From assembly GCF_001194135.2 (NCBI RefSeq), contig NC_069005.1, forward strand, positions 16,654,128 to 16,718,127: a stretch of 64,000 nucleotides of DNA, read 5' to 3'. The notes under the pieces are model-generated. The model was not told the DNA's origin, made no database searches, and saw nothing but the letters and a program-made list of their open reading frames with translations. Below are positions 27,197 to 40,599 of the stretch, piece by piece. Position 1 is the stretch's first letter. Every line of letters begins with the position of its first letter. The stretch is from Octopus bimaculoides. Lineage: Eukaryota. A program made the position numbers and the translations under genes.

Positions 27197-27997
27197 NNNN
27201 NNNNNNNNNNNNNNNNNNNNNNNNNNNNNNNNNNNNNNNNNNNNNNNNNNNNNNNNNNNNNNNNNNNNNNNNNNNNNNNNNNNNNNNNNNNNNNNNNNNN
27301 NNNNNNNNNNNNNNNNNNNNNNNNNNNNNNNNNNNNNNNNNNNNNNNNNNNNNNNNNNNNNNNNNNNNNNNNNNNNNNNNNNNNNNNNNNNNNNNNNNNN
27401 NNNNNNNNNNNNNNNNNNNNNNNNNNNNNNNNNNNNNNNNNNNNNNNNNNNNNNNNNNNNNNNNNNNNNNNNNNNNNNNNNNNNNNNNNNNNNNNNNNNN
27501 NNNNNNNNNNNNNNNNNNNNNNNNNNNNNNNNNNNNNNNNNNNNNNNNNNNNNNNNNNNNNNNNNNNNNNNNNNNNNNNNNNNNNNNNNNNNNNNNNNNN
27601 NNNNNNNNNNNNNNNNNNNNNNNNNNNNNNNNNNNNNNNNNNNNNNNNNNNNNNNNNNNNNNNNNNNNNNNNNNNNNNNNNNNNNNNNNNNNNNNNNNNN
27701 NNNNNNNNNNNNNNNNNNNNNNNNNNNNNNNNNNNNNNNNNNNNNNNNNNNNNNNNNNNNNNNNNNNNNNNNNNNNNNNNNNNNNNNNNNNNNNNNNNNN
27801 NNNNNNNNNNNNNNNNNNNNNNNNNNNNNNNNNNNNNNNNNNNNNNNNNNNNNNNNNNNNNNNNNNNNNNNNNNNNNNNNNNNNNNNNNNNNNNNNNNNN
27901 NNNNNNNNNNNNNNNNNNNNNNNNNNNNNNNNNNNNNNNNNNNNNNNNNNNNNNNNNNNNNNNNNNNNNNNNNNNNNNNNNNNNNNNNNNNNNNNNN

Positions 27998-28157
27998 GGC
28001 ACAGGAGTGACTGTGTGGTAAGAAGCTTGCTTCCCAACCACATGGTTCTGGGTTCAGTCTCACTGTGTGGCACTTTGGGCAAGTGTCTTCTACTATAGCC
28101 TCAGGCCAACCAAAGCCTTGTGAGTGGATGTGGTAGACGGAAACTGAAAGAAGCCTG
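27998..28157 (+). mobile_element. tRNA-derived SINE family A (representative copy)
   Basis: gtgactgtgtggtaagaagcttgcttcccaaccacatggttctgggttcagtc...ggcaagtgtcttctactatagcc...gaaactgaaagaagcc. Other copies at about 19790(+), 22215-22370(-), 22836(+), 26360(-), 37775(+), 52825-52980(-), 61110(+), 62925(+). Confidence 0.8.
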
Positions 28158-28391
28158 TTGTATATATTCATATATATGTGTATGTATTTGTGTGTCTGTT
28201 TTTGTCTCCTTACCATTGCTTGACAACTAATGTTGGTGTGTTTACATCCCTGTAACTTAGCGGTTCAGCAAAAGAGATAGGTAGAATAAGTACTAGGCTT
28301 ACAAAGAATAAGCCCTGAGGTTGATTTGTTTGACTAAAAGGCATGGCTGCAGTCAAATGACAAACAAAATAATATATATATATACACATAT

Positions 28392-29509
28392 TGTTACGAA
28401 CGCCCGCGCGAAGCACCTCAACGAAGAGAAAACTCTCGCGCACGAACGTCGACGCTCAGTGAGTCAGGATGTTCGACACTACTAAGCCCAGCCGGAGCAC
28501 GTAACAATGACAATAGACAGGAAGAAATAACACTGACCATACGTTGCATAGTGAAACTAACTTTTTTTTTTTTACATCATAATACAAAACAACATTGCAT
28601 AACAATAATTCAATAACATAGTACTTGCTTGTGAAATAACACATGTAACAATAGTTTCCAAGCATTTAACAAAGGTTTTCAATCATTACATAATCAAAAG
28701 TTTACAATCAAGGTTCGTGTCTCAAAAGTCAATTAAAAGTTCTTTTTGCTTCTTTTGCTTTTCTTTTCTTTTAACAACATGTAACAACAAAGTTCTCTCT
28801 TTTCTTTTCAACCAGTTAACATCACAGTTAACAAAGTTCTTTGCCTTTCTTTTCTCCACAAAAGCATATAACAACGCAAGTACACTTTCCTTAAAGAAAT
28901 ATACACAAACCTTCACTGCAAGAATTTCCTTTCTTTCAAATCTCCCACTACATTGACAAGAACTGACCAACGTAGTCTACTACAATCTTTTGCCTGCCAC
29001 AACAGTTCCATCTCTCTGTCCCTCTCTCTCTCAGACTCTATCCATTTCGGTCACTGGTACCTTGTGTCAATAGCCTCTCTCTCTTAGTCTCTTTCTGTCA
29101 GACTTATCACCGACCGCTCTGTCCATCTTCACTGGCTGACCGCTTGTCCATCGACTGCCATTCCATCTGGCTCCTCTACTGGCTGCTGGCCTTTACACCA
29201 AACTCGCGTTCTTCACCCAATGACTTTGTTTACGCCAACTGCGTTTACACCAACTGCGATTCCCAAATCTATGCTCTCGTATTTATGACAAATACCGTAC
29301 CCAACAGTCCTACGCTACCCCCTCCAAAGCTGGGTCAGTTTAGTACAGTTCCTAACTTGTTTTTCTAAACTTTTGATGACCAGAAAGGGTCAGAGATCAC
29401 ACTCCTACGCTATAAATAACCGTGTTTGTTGACAGGACAAAGGAAATACTATTGTCCCGAACAACTAGCAAACGGTTTCAAACTCAGATCGGGGAATAGG
29501 GACATAACA
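28392..29509. mobile_element. Probable solo LTR
   Basis: Sharp-edged 1.1 kb block with TGTTACG...CATAACA termini, relatively CpG-rich and non-coding. The target duplication is not clean (catat vs ttatt). Confidence 0.55.
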
Positions 29510-29603
29510 TTATTTTTGCTTATTGGCAGTCGCATCAATATTCATACGTACATTTATATGTTAATATATATTACTTTTTAAATATCAACATTCAACATTT
29601 CAG

Positions 29604-29651
29604 GAAACAAAACAAGCTGCTACCACAGGGAAGTTGGATAAGTTGAATTCT
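29604..29651 (+). CDS. PPIL2: PPIL2 exon 8 (ETKQAATTGKLDKLNS)
   Basis: Acceptor tttcag, donor gtaagt; 48 nt; DKLN motif. Confidence 0.85.
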
Positions 29652-31121
29652 GTAAGTAATCTTTTAGTCATGTATTCTTTTACTAATTCCAGCTTGTAGA
29701 TTCTGGTGATGCTGGGACACTATGGCAAAAAATAAGTCTCTTAATGTGTTGTTCAAACCCAAGAAACTCATGCTCTATTGATTGATTTAACCATTTAATA
29801 CATTTAAGCCTTTTAATACATAAGTTTTCTATTTGTTTTCTTCAACACTAGTTAAAGTTTTAATATTTATAAATATAAATCCATGTTACAGGATTCATTT
29901 GGTATGGTAGTGGTTTTTATCATTGTATGGTCGCCATCATTATCAAAAGCATGATGCCTCTTCCCATTCACAGGTAGACAGAGAGAACTGGAATTAACTC
30001 CTACATCAGTTAGATGCGTCACAAACTAATAGCGGGTTGGGACTTTGAATATACTAGAAGTGTAGCAGTAGTTAGTAGGAAGAACATCTGTAAAGTGAAG
30101 TTTAGTCAATGTTAAGACTGTTTAGGTTCTGTTATGTAAAATAGAGGATCTTAGTGCCGGCGTCAGTTGTAAAGGTAGTATAGGTGTTAGTGTAAGTGTT
30201 GTTAGTTCTGTTGATTAGTATCCTTTACGAAGCATTTGTCATAAGTGTAATGGTACATTGTTACTGTGGGAGGTCTGTGGAGACTGGATAGAAATGATGT
30301 TGGTATGATCTTCTAGATGTGTTATGTTAACCTGCATAAATGATGGAATAAGCTGGCAAGCAACTTGGCATTAAAGGTACGAGCAAATATGTGTAGTCGG
30401 AGATAACTGTAGGTTTGTGCATATGTGATGTGGATAGATGATGATGGTGGGTGGAAAAGTGTTGTTTGGTAAACAGTGGAAAGGAAGGTCAAAGAAGAGG
30501 GAAGATCTTGGGATGTTGATCCTTGTAGATAAGATGTGGGACTACAATCACATTACCCATGATGGCAGCATGGAATGTTAGATGTGAATATAATGATTGT
30601 GTGGCAAAGAATGTTGAATTAGAATGTGGGTACTTTGTTAATATGTTGTTTAATCCCAGGTCATTTCTGATCCAGTGATCGTAGGATTCCCGTCTTTTAT
30701 TCGGATGTAACACATCTAGAATTACATTATCTAATTCAGATTTCCAGCTACTAGAAATAGGAGTCAAACTTCCTTGTCTTTCCATTTGTAAGGCAAGGAG
30801 GTTGACTCCTATTTTTAGTAGATGAAACAAGGACATATACACTTCATCATTTACTAGTACAGAGTTGGACGCTATGGTTGAGTATTGTCAATTATATGGT
30901 ACAGTGTAGTGCTGTTGTTGTTATTCAGCCCCAGGAGGGTCTCTGATTCTACTGACTTATGATCAAAGGTAATTCCTGTCATGTGATTTCATTGCTATTT
31001 CTACTAGTGAGGAAAACTATTTAGAGTTAGCAGGAAAATCATTTAGAGTTACTTCCCTACTTGTACTGTATCTTGTTTTATGTCTGCTACATCCTCATTC
31101 ATCTAAATCCTCTTTTTTCAG

Positions 31122-31197
31122 GCTCACTACTCAACAGGAGCTGTAGCTGCTGCATTTACTTCAACAACATTGGATCCAAACACACAACACACACCAG
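31122..31197 (+). CDS. PPIL2: PPIL2 exon 9 (AHYSTGAVAAAFTSTTLDPNTQHTP)
   Basis: Acceptor ttttcag, donor gtatgt; 76 nt; AHYSTG..A.FTST motif. Confidence 0.94.
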
Positions 31198-31499
31198 GTA
31201 TGTTATCATCATCATTGTTTTAACAGCTCACTTTTTTCATGTTTGTATGAATCAGATGGAATTTATAAAAGCAGATTTTTTACAGCCGGATGCCTTTCCT
31301 GTTGCTAACACTTGTCTCAAAGAAGGATAATATGAAATTGTGACCATGTAAATATTAAAATGTAATTTTTTCTGTTTATGGGAAAGATGGAAAAGTAAGA
31401 GTGAATATTTATTTTATGAGTGCTGTGTATTAAGTCTATAAAATTGTGCATAAAGTAATCATTGTATTCCAGTTTCCTACACTTTCCAATCAATAGCAG

Positions 31500-32650
31500 A
31501 TGAGCGACTACAGACACAACACAGGCTACACTTTCAGGCTTTCTGGATAAAGTTTTCAGGAATAACCCAATAAGTTTACTATTAATTCCATGAAATATTC
31601 ATGGGTCCTGCTAGTAACAGAATGAAGCTTCTTATGTTTCTCCTGGTTTCCAATGAGTTTTAGCATCCGGTTGTTAGATTTTTCAAGATATTTGGCCAGT
31701 CCAGTTGTGGTGGTTTTGTAAGGGATTTCAAATTAGATCAAGCCTTGACTTCCTTGAGCTCTGAGAAAGTAAAGACGATCTGCATTTACCTTTGGGTGGT
31801 ACAACTTATTGCAAGTCAGCAGCTTACATATTTTCCTTATTTTGTGGATATTCCAGTTCAATACACTAAAACTATAAATAGAAACCAGAACTGCTCAGGA
31901 ATTTATGGCTAACACCTTACGAGTGTTTTAGGACTACTTGAACTCTCCTGTAACATTCCTTCCTGGTTTTCTCTTTCATGCTTGCATGCTTAATGCCAGA
32001 GCCCTCATTTATTCCAAAGTATTTGTAAGTTTGTTCCTGCTCAAGTTCTTTTATAACTGTCAATATCTAACACCACTGAATGTAAGGTCTTCAATTTCCC
32101 TTTCTGTAAAGTAGCCTTGGCATATTTATCAAGACCAAGTTCCATCTCGATGTCATCACTGATACTTTTGCAGCATGTAGTCCATCAGGCTCATTATCGT
32201 TTTTGCTATAGTTTTAAGTCATCCATTTAAAATATGATTTATTTTCTTGTCGCCAATTTTGTACCCTTACCCTGTTGTGTTAAGTTCACTTATAAGGAAT
32301 ATTAGGGCTATGCAAAAAATTAGAGGCGAAAGTGAGTTACCTTGGAAAATGCTGCATTTGATATCAATATTGTTTGTTATTACAACAAATTTGGAAACTT
32401 GGCAAAGTAGAAAGCCTCAGCAGCTCTTTTAATATAATTAAACAAATGTTATTTCACTCCTTCTAACCAGTTTCAAGATAATGTTTTGTTAACAGTCCTT
32501 GTCTTCTTCATGACTGTGAGTATCAATGTCACACACAACCTTTTTACTGTGTTACTCCGTATTTATTCTACAGCCTATAATGTTACACAGTTCAAAAATA
32601 GCATCTTCCTTTTTATACACGTGATTCAGCGTTTGCTTCAAAATTGTAAA
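31500..32650 (-). mobile_element. R4/Dong-type LINE, decayed RT region
   Basis: Minus strand: NH.L.MDDLKL (about 32210-32240) and SDDIEMELGLDK.AK (about 32125-32165), frameshifted. Confidence 0.65.
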
Positions 32651-32996
32651 ATAAATTATTTTTGTATGAAAAATTGAATTACGCCTTCTAAATTTTCTTG
32701 GACTTTCACTTTCTTCACAGTGACATTCATTTAATCGTGAATTTTATAACATTTAGTACATGCTCCAAATAAATGTTGACATTCTGTACTTTCTTACATT
32801 GCTGGTACATACTACCTTTTGCTAAATTGGTAACTTTCCTTTTTTTTTTATAGCCTAACTATGCTACAGAAAGTATGTTTTGCACCTATATTAACTACAT
32901 TTTGTTTCGCTTGAACTTCGTGTGCGTACATTTTGCTGTTTTCAAATTCTATGAGTGTGTGTGTTTCTCCATTCATTACATCTGTAGTAAACTATA

Positions 32997-33146
32997 GTGA
33001 AGAACATTTTACCCTGTTTTAATGAGCCCACATCTAATGAAGTAGCCATCTTTATGGTTGGTGATCCCATTGAAAATCATGATATTCTCATTCGTGTTCA
33101 AGATAACCTTAAACGTGTTTCAGAGACTTATCCCTCTTATGATGCT
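32997..33146 (+). mobile_element. Helitron Rep-helicase fragment
   Basis: FNEPTSNEVAIFMVGD..ENHDILIR...LKRVSETYPSYDA matches the region upstream of the Helitron Rep catalytic motifs as recalled. Confidence 0.7.
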
Positions 33147-33239
33147 AGGTACACAAAGTATGATCAGACATGGAGTGGGATATGACACCTGGCCATCATG
33201 TCATATCCCACTCCATGTCTGATCATACTTTGTGCACCT

Positions 33240-33900
33240 ACTCTTCTGCTTTCTGTGGAAGGAACATGCTCCACTGGTCAGGTGCTCCATTTGTTGTCAA
33301 CATCCTGTGAGTGGAGGACTGGGCATGCCATGGTTGATGATGCACTGATGCTGCAACATCTCCAGAGTTTCTTTGATGGTGAGCAAATGTGGTCTCTGTT
33401 TGTCAGACTTGCTTTTCTGCAGCTCATTTCTGTGAGCTGAAACCAAGGCACCCAGAGTGCCATCAGGTGCTCACAGTCCTCTGTCAGTCAAGCAGTGCAA
33501 TCAGTGGAAGTTCTACTTTGGCATTCTATAGAGATTTTGTGGCAGACGAGAGCAACAATGTTCTTGGGGAGACTCTAGGTGTCAGTGAGAATCAACTGGC
33601 TGGTCTGTTCTGGAAAACTTTTGTGCCAGGGACATGGATAATTTCTGGAAATCTCTGGCCTGAAAACAAAAGGGAAGGTGGACAAGGAAGTGCTACCTTC
33701 CAGCAAATTTGTGGAGTGGATAAATGTGGCAAGGATGGTCCAAATGAATAGGGCTTCTTCAAGCATGTACTTATAGATTGAAGGAAGAGGACAAGAAAAG
33801 GGCACTTGCCCTAGTGGTCAGGGCAATTGTGGTTTTACAGAGTTTCCACAAGCAGCCATAAGAAGTCACCCTCTTTTGGGGAATTAATCATTATTGGAAT
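33240..33900 (+). mobile_element. Possible L1/Tx1-type LINE 3' end (tentative)
   Basis: Frameshifted coding-like text ending KGKVDKEVLPSSKFVEWINVARMVQMNRASSSMYL*, resembling L1/Tx1 ORF2 C-termini. Confidence 0.35.
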
Positions 33901-34679
33901 TTATATTTACTGTTATTCTTTTTTACACACTCCTTTATGTAATCTCACATTGTATTATCCTGTATTATTCCCAGTATTTTTGTGAACCCTTTAGTGGTTA
34001 ATAAAGAAAACTAATTACATTTTGAGTTCAAATTACACCAAAGTTGATTTTGCCTTTCACCCTTTCAAGGTCTTGAAATAAATACCAATCAAATACTGGA
34101 ATTGATGAAATCAACTAGCCCCCTCCACGAAAATTTTAGGCCTTATGGCTTTAACTGAAAGGATTATTAAAAGTGGCAAACTGGCTTTAGGCAGCAAGCT
34201 GGTAGTACAAAATGTTTAGCTGCATTTCATCTATCTTTATTACAGTTAACATTCCACCAAGGTCAATTTACCCTTTCATCATTTCAGCTTCAATAAATTA
34301 AGTGCCATTTGAGTACTGAGGTCAATACAATCAACTTAGCTTCCTCTCCCCATATAAACTTTCAGGCCTAGAGCCTATTGTAGAAAAGATTATTATTATT
34401 ATTCAAGGTGGCGAGCCAGTAGATCGTTAGCACGTGGGTAAAATGCTTAGTGGAATTTCATCCAGCTTATCATTCCTAGTTCAAATTCCTCCGAGGTTGA
34501 CTTTGCCCTTCATCCTTTCAGGGTCAAAAGAAATAAGTACCAGTTGTTCACTGGGATCGACATAATCAACTTACCCCTACCCCCAAAGTTGCTGGTTTTG
34601 AACCTATCATTATTATTATTAGACAATAAAAAGAGTGTGATGCAATTTGTAATAGATTGTTGATTTAATGGTTTGAACA

Positions 34680-36960
34680 ATAATTCAACAGATCGTTTTC
34701 AGGTTCAAAATGTAAGACAAATAAACAATCATAGAAACACAGAAATTCAAAATGTAAATGAGGAAATCCTGCATTCCTATTTTGATAGAATGACATCATC
34801 AGTTTTCAGTTTTGTAACTGGTAAAAGGAAAAAGAGAGAAAGAAAGAAAAAAGAAAAGAAAAGGATATTTAGTTGAACAGTTTTGTGTAAATATGATGAA
34901 ATTCACCTGTCATTTTATTCATTCTTCCAGGGCGTGATGTTAGTAATTCACAAATATATTTGTCCTCATGCATTTTGAGGAATGAAAGTGTAGTAGATTC
35001 AGAATATTTTCTGAGAATGTACACTTTCAGGTGTTCTTCAAAATTGCAGCTGTTTGATGTAAAATGTTCAGCAAGTTCTGTCAAACTACTGATATGCTTG
35101 AAGTCATACCTGTACCCATTGAATTTTTTGTTTAATTGTTCTGTTCTACAACCAACATAAATCAAGTTGTGTATGGTGCATTCTGCTGTGAACATCAAAT
35201 GGAAATCTTTGCACGTCCCACTTTCCATATTAATCATAACATTTCTGTTATGATAATGGAATTGACTTGTGTTCAAAAAATTTCCTCCAATGTGCCCAAT
35301 TTGCAGCAGATGTGAATGTTGTACAACCAAAGTTTCAGAATGGCTGGATGGCTTTCTACTCTCTGTAGCAAAAAGATCAAGTTCCTATATTTGGGACACT
35401 TTTGATTTTGTGTCCAAAATTAACAACTCTTGTAAGCACCGAAGTAGTGTCGAAAATTGTTGTTTTGGTAACAATGGATGTTTCTTCACTATATCCCAAT
35501 ATTGACAACAATGGCAGGGTGGAAGCATTCATGAATGCCTTCAAAAAATGGTCAAACAAAAGTATTCCATCTAATTTTCTCTCAGTTATTGAAGTTTGTG
35601 TTACAAAGTAACACAATGAAGTTTGGGCAAAAATTTTACCACTAGTTGAGGGGTTGCACCATGGGTACCCCCATGGCTGTTGATTTCACTAATGTCTTCA
35701 TGATGAAATTTGACACAGTTAATGAAAACATTCAAATCCCTGCTTGTTCATGAACCAATGCTCTGGTTACGATTCATTGATAACATCTTGTTTGTCTGGG
35801 AAGGATCACAGAACAGTGTAATTAACTTATTACATTTCTGTGAGTGTTATGCAAAAGCTGACCTTAAGTCCAATATAAAATTTACATCCAGTTTTTCGAA
35901 AGCTAGGATTGAGTTTTTGGACCTCCATCGCCAATCATCCACATCACTCCAATCATCCACATCACTTCAATCATCCACATTACTCCAATCATCCACATCA
36001 TATAATTCGGTCAAATCTGAAATCCTAATTCTTGAGGATAAGATGGATTTGTACTGATATAAGGGACTACTGAAAACATGCAAATGCTTTTGTACAGCAT
36101 TTTGTCAAAGGTGGTTACAGTGAATCACAATTAAAGGAAATCACAAATGGCATAGCTGAAATTAGCAAGGAAAGTCAAACTTCCATGCATAATTTTAGCA
36201 ACTAAAGTAAAATTTGTGATAGAACTTCTTTAGTGGTTAACTGGCACCAAAATTTTGCTGACATTTCAAAAGTACTGCCTGAATTTTACCAGCATATTGC
36301 AGAAAAATATCCTCATTTCAAACAAATATTCCCTCAGCTGCCTATTGTAGCCTTTAGACAGAATAAAAATATATAAGAGAAGCATTAACTACTACCACTA
36401 ACTCCAAGAAAACTACCATTGGAGTTTCTGAATGTTGCACCTTGAAAAACAGCCACAAGAGATATAATCCTTGTTCATTGTGCAACAACATGAGTCAAAT
36501 CAATTCCCTCATGAATCATAACAGAAATATTATGATTTATGTGGAAGGTGGGATTTGTAAAGATTCCATTTGATGTACACAGTAGAATGCACCAAACATA
36601 ACTTGATTTATGTTGTACAACAGAACAATTAAACAAAAGATTCAATGGGCACAGGTATGACATCAGGCACAATAACAGTGGTCCAACAGAGTCTGCCTAA
36701 CATTTTACATCCTCCTAAACTTTCAATGTGAATTACTAACATCACACCCTGGAGAAATGAATAAAATGATAGGTGAATTTCATCACATTTACACAAAATT
36801 TCTTTCTTTTCCTTTCTATTTTCTTTCTTTTTCCTTTTTATCAGTTACAAAATTGAAAACTGATGATGTCATTCTATCAAAATAGGAAGGCAGGATATAT
36901 TTTGAACCTGAAGAAGACAGATGATCTGTTCAAACTGTTAAATAAATACATCACATTTCA
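34680..36960 (+). mobile_element. Penelope-like element with inverted pseudo-LTR (EN copy on -, RT+EN on +)
   Basis: RT on +: VTMDVSSLYPNID, GTPMA, WLRFIDNILFVW. GIY-YIG-like copies lie at about 34870-35260 (-) and about 36490-36800 (+) and are mutual reverse complements, including the 3' UTR. Confidence 0.85.
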
Positions 36961-37013
36961 CTCTTCTTATTGTTTAGTTATCGTTGTGAAGAGTTACGTC
37001 AATCTTTATGAAA

Positions 37014-37014
<1 letters not shown>

Positions 37015-37094
<80 letters not shown>

Positions 37095-37099
37095 CATTA
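37015..37099 (+). repeat. (TTA)n microsatellite; many other (AT)n, (CA)n, (TACA)n, (GAT)n tracts throughout
   Basis: Direct reading; others at e.g. 1695-1755, 17930-17990, 22770-22830, 49380-49470. Confidence 0.95.
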
Positions 37100-37313
37100 T
37101 TATAAAGGCTGCAAGCTAGCCAACTCATCAGTGCATCAAACAAAGTGCTTAGTGATAATCCTTCTGGTTCTTTACTTTTGAGTTCAAATTTCTCCAAAGT
37201 TGACTTTGTTTTTCATCCTCTCAGGGTCAATAAAATTAATACCAGTAGAGCATTGGGATTAATGACTAGATCCCCTTCTCCTAAAATTCTAGACCTTGTG
37301 TCAAATGTGTAAC

Positions 37314-37359
<46 letters not shown>

Positions 37360-37444
37360 TCTGAATGTTAACAACTCTGAGAATGAGATACAACTGTTGT
37401 TATTTTTAAATACTTTGTTTTATTTTTCTTCTCAATGTTTGTAG

Positions 37445-37551
37445 CCATCATTGATGAAGAGGTTCTTGTCTATGAACGTGTGAAGAAAAAGGGCTACATA
37501 CGTCTCACAACCAACAAAGGAATCCTCAATTTGGAATTACATTGTGAAATG
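37445..37551 (+). CDS. PPIL2: PPIL2 exon 10 (AIIDEEVLVYERVKKKGYIRLTTNKGILNLELHCEM)
   Basis: Acceptor ttgtag, donor gtgagg; 107 nt; start of cyclophilin domain. Confidence 0.95.
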
Positions 37552-37992
37552 GTGAGGTTTTATTAATGTTTTTCTTAATTTCTCATTTCTATTTGTAGAC
37601 AGTAGCATCATAGGTTACTGCTTTCCAGCCGCTTATCAGTGCATTTCTGAGGGTACAAGAAACAAGAGAGTGTCTAGAACAAATATTATTAGCAACTTCG
37701 CACAATGAAATATCATTTCCCCCTCTCCAATGTTTCCTAGCTAATATTTAAAGCCCTTGTTTACACACACACATAGTTGTGCAGTAAGAAGTTTGCTTTC
37801 CAACCACATGGTTTGGTGTTCAGTCCCACTACATGGCACCTTGATCAAATGTCTTCTACTATAGCCCTGGGCTGACCAAAACCTTGTGAGTAGATTTCAT
37901 TGAAGGAAACTGAAAGAAACTCATTGCATAAGTATGTATGCATGCATTTATTTAAATGTGTGCATGTGTTTGTACCTCCTTGTCTTGATATC

Positions 37993-40595
37993 TGTTATGG
38001 AAGAATCCTAATCACCCCCATGTGACTGAAGGTGGACTAACTGATTACACTAGATAAGAACTGAGTGGACAGTCAAGGGTATAGTTGTATGGTGTTAGTT
38101 TGATTGTGTTGGTTTACTGTGTTAGTTTGTGTTTTGGTTTAATAGTTGGTAGTTGAATAGTGAATACTGAATATTGTACTGACGTTTGAGTAGTATGGAG
38201 TGTGTTCTGTGTTAACATATTTCTTCAATAGGTTGTTTTTAGATAACCACAACCAACTATATATTTGTGTAATACCATTTTACACCAGACTTATATACTC
38301 ACGTCGTAACATTTTTTGGCAACAAGATTATTCGAAGATACTGCTGGACCGATTTTTGCTTGAACATGTAAAGTTTACTACAGTAATTGAATTGCAGAAA
38401 CAGCAACAATGGCAACAACAGCAGTTGTTGGAATTTCAGAAGAGCAACTGTTAATACAACTGATACTGAAGGAAACAGAAAATACATCTAGTTCATTCAC
38501 ACCTGATACTGTTTCAAACTTGATTGGAGTAGGGTACTACCTTCTCTGCTTGCTTTAGAGGATAGGAAATTTTTAGAGAAGAATACTGTGACTGGCAAGA
38601 TGAGAAAAAAACTCGACTTTTTGTTGAGAAAGTTGGCATCAGCTGAGCATGAGGAATATTGCAATTACATATTACTAAAGAACCCAGGTGAAGTCTGTTT
38701 TGAAGAAACAGTGAATATTCTATCAAAGATTTTCAGTGAAAAAAGCTCTTTATTTAATACACACTGGTAATGTATGAATATTACAAAAAAGAGGACAAAG
38801 ATTTTGTTACATACACTAGAATTGTTAATAGGGAATGCAAGAGATTTACAATTAACGAACTAACACCAGATATGTTTAAATGCTTAATTTTCAAGCAAAG
38901 TTTAACGGTAAAGAAAGATGTGGAAATTCCTAACCAAATTCTAACTAGATTAGAGCAGAATCAGAAGCTAATACTACAAGAAATATTTGAGGAATGCCAG
39001 AGAATAATCAACCTAAAGCATGATACAGAACAAATTGAAGAAAGAAACTGTTCTCATATACAGTTGGTGCGACTGAAAGTAAGAAATGAAAAACAGAAAA
39101 TTAACTCATGTTTTGGATGTGGAGAATTACACTATGGATTCAACTGTCCTTATAAAAACCAAAAATACTTCAAGTGTGCTAAGATAGGTCATAAAAAATC
39201 ACACTGTAAAACAAAACCTAGAAAATGATTCAGCAGATAAGAAAATCATGTAAACAGTTTATCAGTAACAAGAAATACAAACAAGACTCAAAGGAAATTT
39301 GTAGATGTAAAAATTAATAATACAACATAAAAGTTGCTCCGACTATATTCCAGCAACTGATGGATGCATTGCTTGCAGAGTGTGATTTTGTGGTGGCCTA
39401 CCTGGATGATATTTTAATTAAATGTGAATCCTATGTTCAACATGTCAAGCAAGTTTAATGTGTTTTCAAAATATAAAAGATTACGGTTTCAACCTGGGTG
39501 AGGAAAAATGAGAATTTTTCTTACTTAAAATTAAGTACTTAGGACAAGTTATTGATAAAAATGGTCATTGACCAGCTCCATCAAGGGGAGATGCAATTAA
39601 AAGTATGCCCCCTCCAACAAATATATCTATCATACAAGTTTTTTGGGGACTTGCAAACTATTATCAGATTTATATACCAAATATGCACAAGGTAAGAGCT
39701 CCACTAAATAATTTACTAAAAAAGATGTAAAGTGGAATAGGTCTGAAAATTGTCAGAAGATTTTCAACGAAATTAAAAGGACATAACATCAGATTTGTCT
39801 TTAGAATATTTTGATACTGCATTGAAGATTGTACTAGCTGCAGATACCAGTGATTATGGTATTAGAGCAGTAATTCTACATATATACGAGGATTTTATCA
39901 TGAAGGGTGTGACCTATGCTTTACATTCTCTGCTACCAACAGAGAAAAATTACAGCCAAATTGAAAAAAAGACTGTAGCGATTACTTTTGCTGTAAAAAA
40001 ATTTCATAGATTCTTACACATCGACTACAGACTGACCATCATCTATTATTGTCTATGTATGGATCAAAGAAAGGAATCCCTACCCATACAGTTAATAGGT
40101 TGCAATGCTGGGTAATTATATTACTAAATAAAGATTTTAAGATGGAGTTTATACCATCTAAGAAATTAGGACATGCTGATTGTTTGATACTAAAAGATAC
40201 TAACCATTTGAGGATTCTGTGATGGCAGTGTTTCAAGCAGAAAAGGAGATTAAAAATATTGTATGTAATGTATGAGAATTACCAGTTACATTAGAAGAAA
40301 TCAAACTAAAAGCGGAAAATGATGAATTTATTAAAAAAGTGAAAGGAATAATTCTGAGTGCTGAAAAAAGAAATAAAAAATATGCATTTTGCAGAACACA
40401 ACATGAATTCAAACCTGTTCTCAGTTTGTGGCAATGTGCTAATATATGCACAAAAAGTGGTAGTTTTGACCACATTACAGAAACAAATACTAAGAGAATT
40501 TCACATTGGTCACCCGGAGATTTCAAGAATGAAATCATTGAGATGCTGTGTATTGGTCAAGAATGGACTGACAGATTGAAGAACTAGTGAAAGCT
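37993..40595 (+). mobile_element. Ty3/Gypsy LTR retrotransposon, 5' LTR + decayed gag-pol, 3'-truncated
   Basis: LTR TGTTATG(37993)...CGTAACA(38311), then PBS-like TGGCAACAAG; Zn knuckles CFGCGELH....C and C..IGHKKSHC; RT VVAYLDDILI; RNase H LAADTSDYGI; integrase Zn region ILREFHIGHP. Confidence 0.88.
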
Positions 40596-40599
40596 TGCA

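Noticed and set aside
29860-30860. Possible further PLE RT remnant on minus
   Set aside because: The composition suggests decayed coding sequence, but no diagnostic motif could be read, so it is left unannotated.
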